Of a DNA stretch of 14,032 nt, positions 12,519 through 14,032 are shown piece by piece. The stretch covers positions 1-14,032 of the forward strand of contig JAKQHK010000067.1 of assembly GCA_029573015.1 (NCBI GenBank), read 5' to 3'. A program made the position numbers and the translations under genes. The notes beneath the pieces are model-generated. The model was not told the origin of the DNA. It worked only from the letters and a program-made list of their open reading frames with translations, and did no database searches. Source of the stretch: a bacterium. Lineage in GTDB: Bacteria > Patescibacteriota > CG2-30-54-11. Position 1 is the first letter of the stretch, and every line of letters starts with the position of its first letter.

Positions 12519-12785
12519 ATGTCAGAAATCGAAGAATTGGAGAAACGCATCAGAGCGATCGAGGAACGCAATCAGCGGGTCGAGCGGGATAAAGCCTGGG
12601 AAACCAGCCTGATGCGCCGTGTGCTGGTAGCTGGTCTTACCTACGGAATCGTAGTGCTTTTTTTCTTCATCATCCGGACAGAGCAGCCATTGCTGAACGC
12701 GCTTGTGCCAACTCTGGGATTTCTGCTCTCAACGCTGACCTTGGACGCGATGAAGAAAGCCTGGTTACGCAGGAATAATGCATAA
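12519..12785 (+). CDS. Small protein with an N-terminal coiled-coil segment and 2 TM helices
   Basis: The 88-aa protein begins 'MSEIEELEKRIRAIEERNQRVERDK', followed by two hydrophobic stretches. It ends 5 nt from the stop of the convergent gene. Confidence 0.45.
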   Translation: MSEIEELEKRIRAIEERNQRVERDKAWETSLMRRVLVAGLTYGIVVLFFFIIRTEQPLLNALVPTLGFLLSTLTLDAMKKAWLRRNNA

Positions 12786-12790
12786 CCAGA

Positions 12791-13903
12791 TCAGACTGGC
12801 TGATGTGCCGCTTGATATTTGCGGATTATCCAGTACAGGATGAGACCTGCATAACAGCTTGCGCCGATGAGAAGCGGGATGAGCATCCAGGGCTGCGTTG
12901 CTTGTTCTACGCGGTTAAATATCGTGTTGATAATGGTTATCAGATACTCGAGTACTTCTGTGGGAGTGTCAGAAGTCAGTTCCTGTATCAGCGTATCACT
13001 GACAGTGGTATGCAGCCACTGCAGCGCCAGACGCATGCCAAGAAAATTAAGTCCAAGCAGGAATAAACTGGTCCCAATCCAGCGCAGCAGGGAGGGGAGG
13101 GAGTGGAGCGTAATCGCGAGCATGAGAGACAGGAGACCAATTACGATGATCAGCCAGATGCGCTCGCCGACTGAGACGTACCCATAGACTGAACGCACAT
13201 CCTGCAAACCGGTAACCAGTTCCTGATATGCCTTTGTATCAGAAGAGCCTGTTTTCACTTCCGGTATTTTTCCTTCAGGCACATTAAAGTCTTCCATGAT
13301 CGTACCGTCGATAATTTTTTTCAGGCTGATTTTATCAGGTAATACCTGCGTGAAATTATCCAGGAACCCGTATCCCTCCGGACCGAGGAATTGCTCGAGA
13401 CTCATGCCCTCGGGTACGCAGTCAAACGTCACCTTGCCGGTTTCCTGCATGCGGATCAGCTCGCTCATGGTGCAGAACGGCAGCGCTGCCTGTTTGCGTT
13501 CCAGCGTGGATTTCACCAGTTCTGCAAACGTGTCACGCTGTGAGCTGATGTCCACCACGATATCAAATTCCGGTTCATCGCTATCAAGCCAGGATGAAAG
13601 GTCACTGACAGCCCGGTCAATCTGGTCGTAGAACCATGAGGTCGGAAAGGCTTCGTATACAAGTGATTCGATCTCATCGTTCGAGAAGAGCAGAGGAGAA
13701 TCTTCCAGCTTGAATTCTTCCTGTTCCTGCTTCAAAGCGGTGAAGGCTTCCTCGTATCCGAGCTCGATTATGCCTGAGTTTCGGAATTCGTCGGCATAGT
13801 ACTGCAGGTCGAGCAGGGAATTTTTCAGGATAATCAGCACGCCTCCGGCAGTAGTCAGGAGGATGAAGCTGGTCAGCAGGAGGAAGAGGAAGAATTTACG
13901 CAT
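12791..13903 (-). CDS. Membrane protein of unknown function. It has an N-terminal signal anchor, an acidic extracytoplasmic domain of about 230 aa, and 3-4 C-terminal TM helices.
   Basis: The ORF is 370 aa. 'MRKFFLFLLLTSFILLTTAGGVLIIL' is a signal or anchor. The C-terminal third is hydrophobic ('IWLIIVIGLLSLMLAITL', 'LFLLGLNFLGMRLALQWL', 'MLIPLLIGASCYAGLILYWII'). Confidence 0.65.
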   Translation of the reverse strand: MRKFFLFLLLTSFILLTTAGGVLIILKNSLLDLQYYADEFRNSGIIELGYEEAFTALKQEQEEFKLEDSPLLFSNDEIESLVYEAFPTSWFYDQIDRAVSDLSSWLDSDEPEFDIVVDISSQRDTFAELVKSTLERKQAALPFCTMSELIRMQETGKVTFDCVPEGMSLEQFLGPEGYGFLDNFTQVLPDKISLKKIIDGTIMEDFNVPEGKIPEVKTGSSDTKAYQELVTGLQDVRSVYGYVSVGERIWLIIVIGLLSLMLAITLHSLPSLLRWIGTSLFLLGLNFLGMRLALQWLHTTVSDTLIQELTSDTPTEVLEYLITIINTIFNRVEQATQPWMLIPLLIGASCYAGLILYWIIRKYQAAHQPV

Positions 13904-13911
13904 CTTGTTTA

Positions 13912-13973
13912 GACATTAGAGATGAGACATTAGTTGTACAGTTGTATGACATTATTAACACCCCAGAGGGTGT
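13912..13973. promoter_or_regulatory. Upstream region of the minus-strand gene 12791-13903. It holds three GACATTA direct repeats (13912-13918, 13926-13932, 13948-13954), TTGTA-cag-TTGTA, and the palindrome ACACCC-CAGA-GGGTGT (13958-13973).
   Basis: All motifs were read directly from the sequence. They lie 9-70 nt upstream of the ATG at 13903. Confidence 0.3.
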
Positions 13974-14032
13974 AGCACGTTAACAAACCAAAAAAGCATA
14001 CGGTAGGATATTCCTGCTTTATATATCCAATT

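Overview
This 14 kb window looks like ordinary chromosomal DNA (about 50-55% GC by eye) with one insertion sequence at its left edge. The annotated genes, in order, are: (i) an IS200/IS605-family element (TnpA only) with matching GTAA-loop hairpins on both sides of tnpA; (ii) two tandem paralogous 4-TM membrane proteins of unknown family in a visibly AT-rich segment directly downstream of the IS; (iii) a four-gene minus-strand operon of VanZ-like membrane protein, B12-binding radical SAM enzyme, small exported protein and HI0933-family FAD flavoprotein, which is my best candidate for an undescribed modification system; (iv) a divergently transcribed multi-TM, coiled-coil, Peptidase_MA_2-like (HEYLH...EEGLTEY) fusion protein; (v) an SPFH/band-7 (HflK/C-like) protein; (vi) a stand-alone TfoX C-terminal-domain protein and an ArsR-like wHTH protein transcribed divergently from nadA (quinolinate synthase) with back-to-back sigma70-like promoters; (vii) a small SMR-like membrane protein, an orphan LUD-domain protein, and two further membrane proteins in convergent orientation. 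I see no rRNA, tRNA or CRISPR. Several intergenic regions (8836-9253, 12282-12518, 13904-14032) carry repeats or palindromes the gene models do not explain. Every family call comes from motif recognition by eye; nothing was searched against a database.
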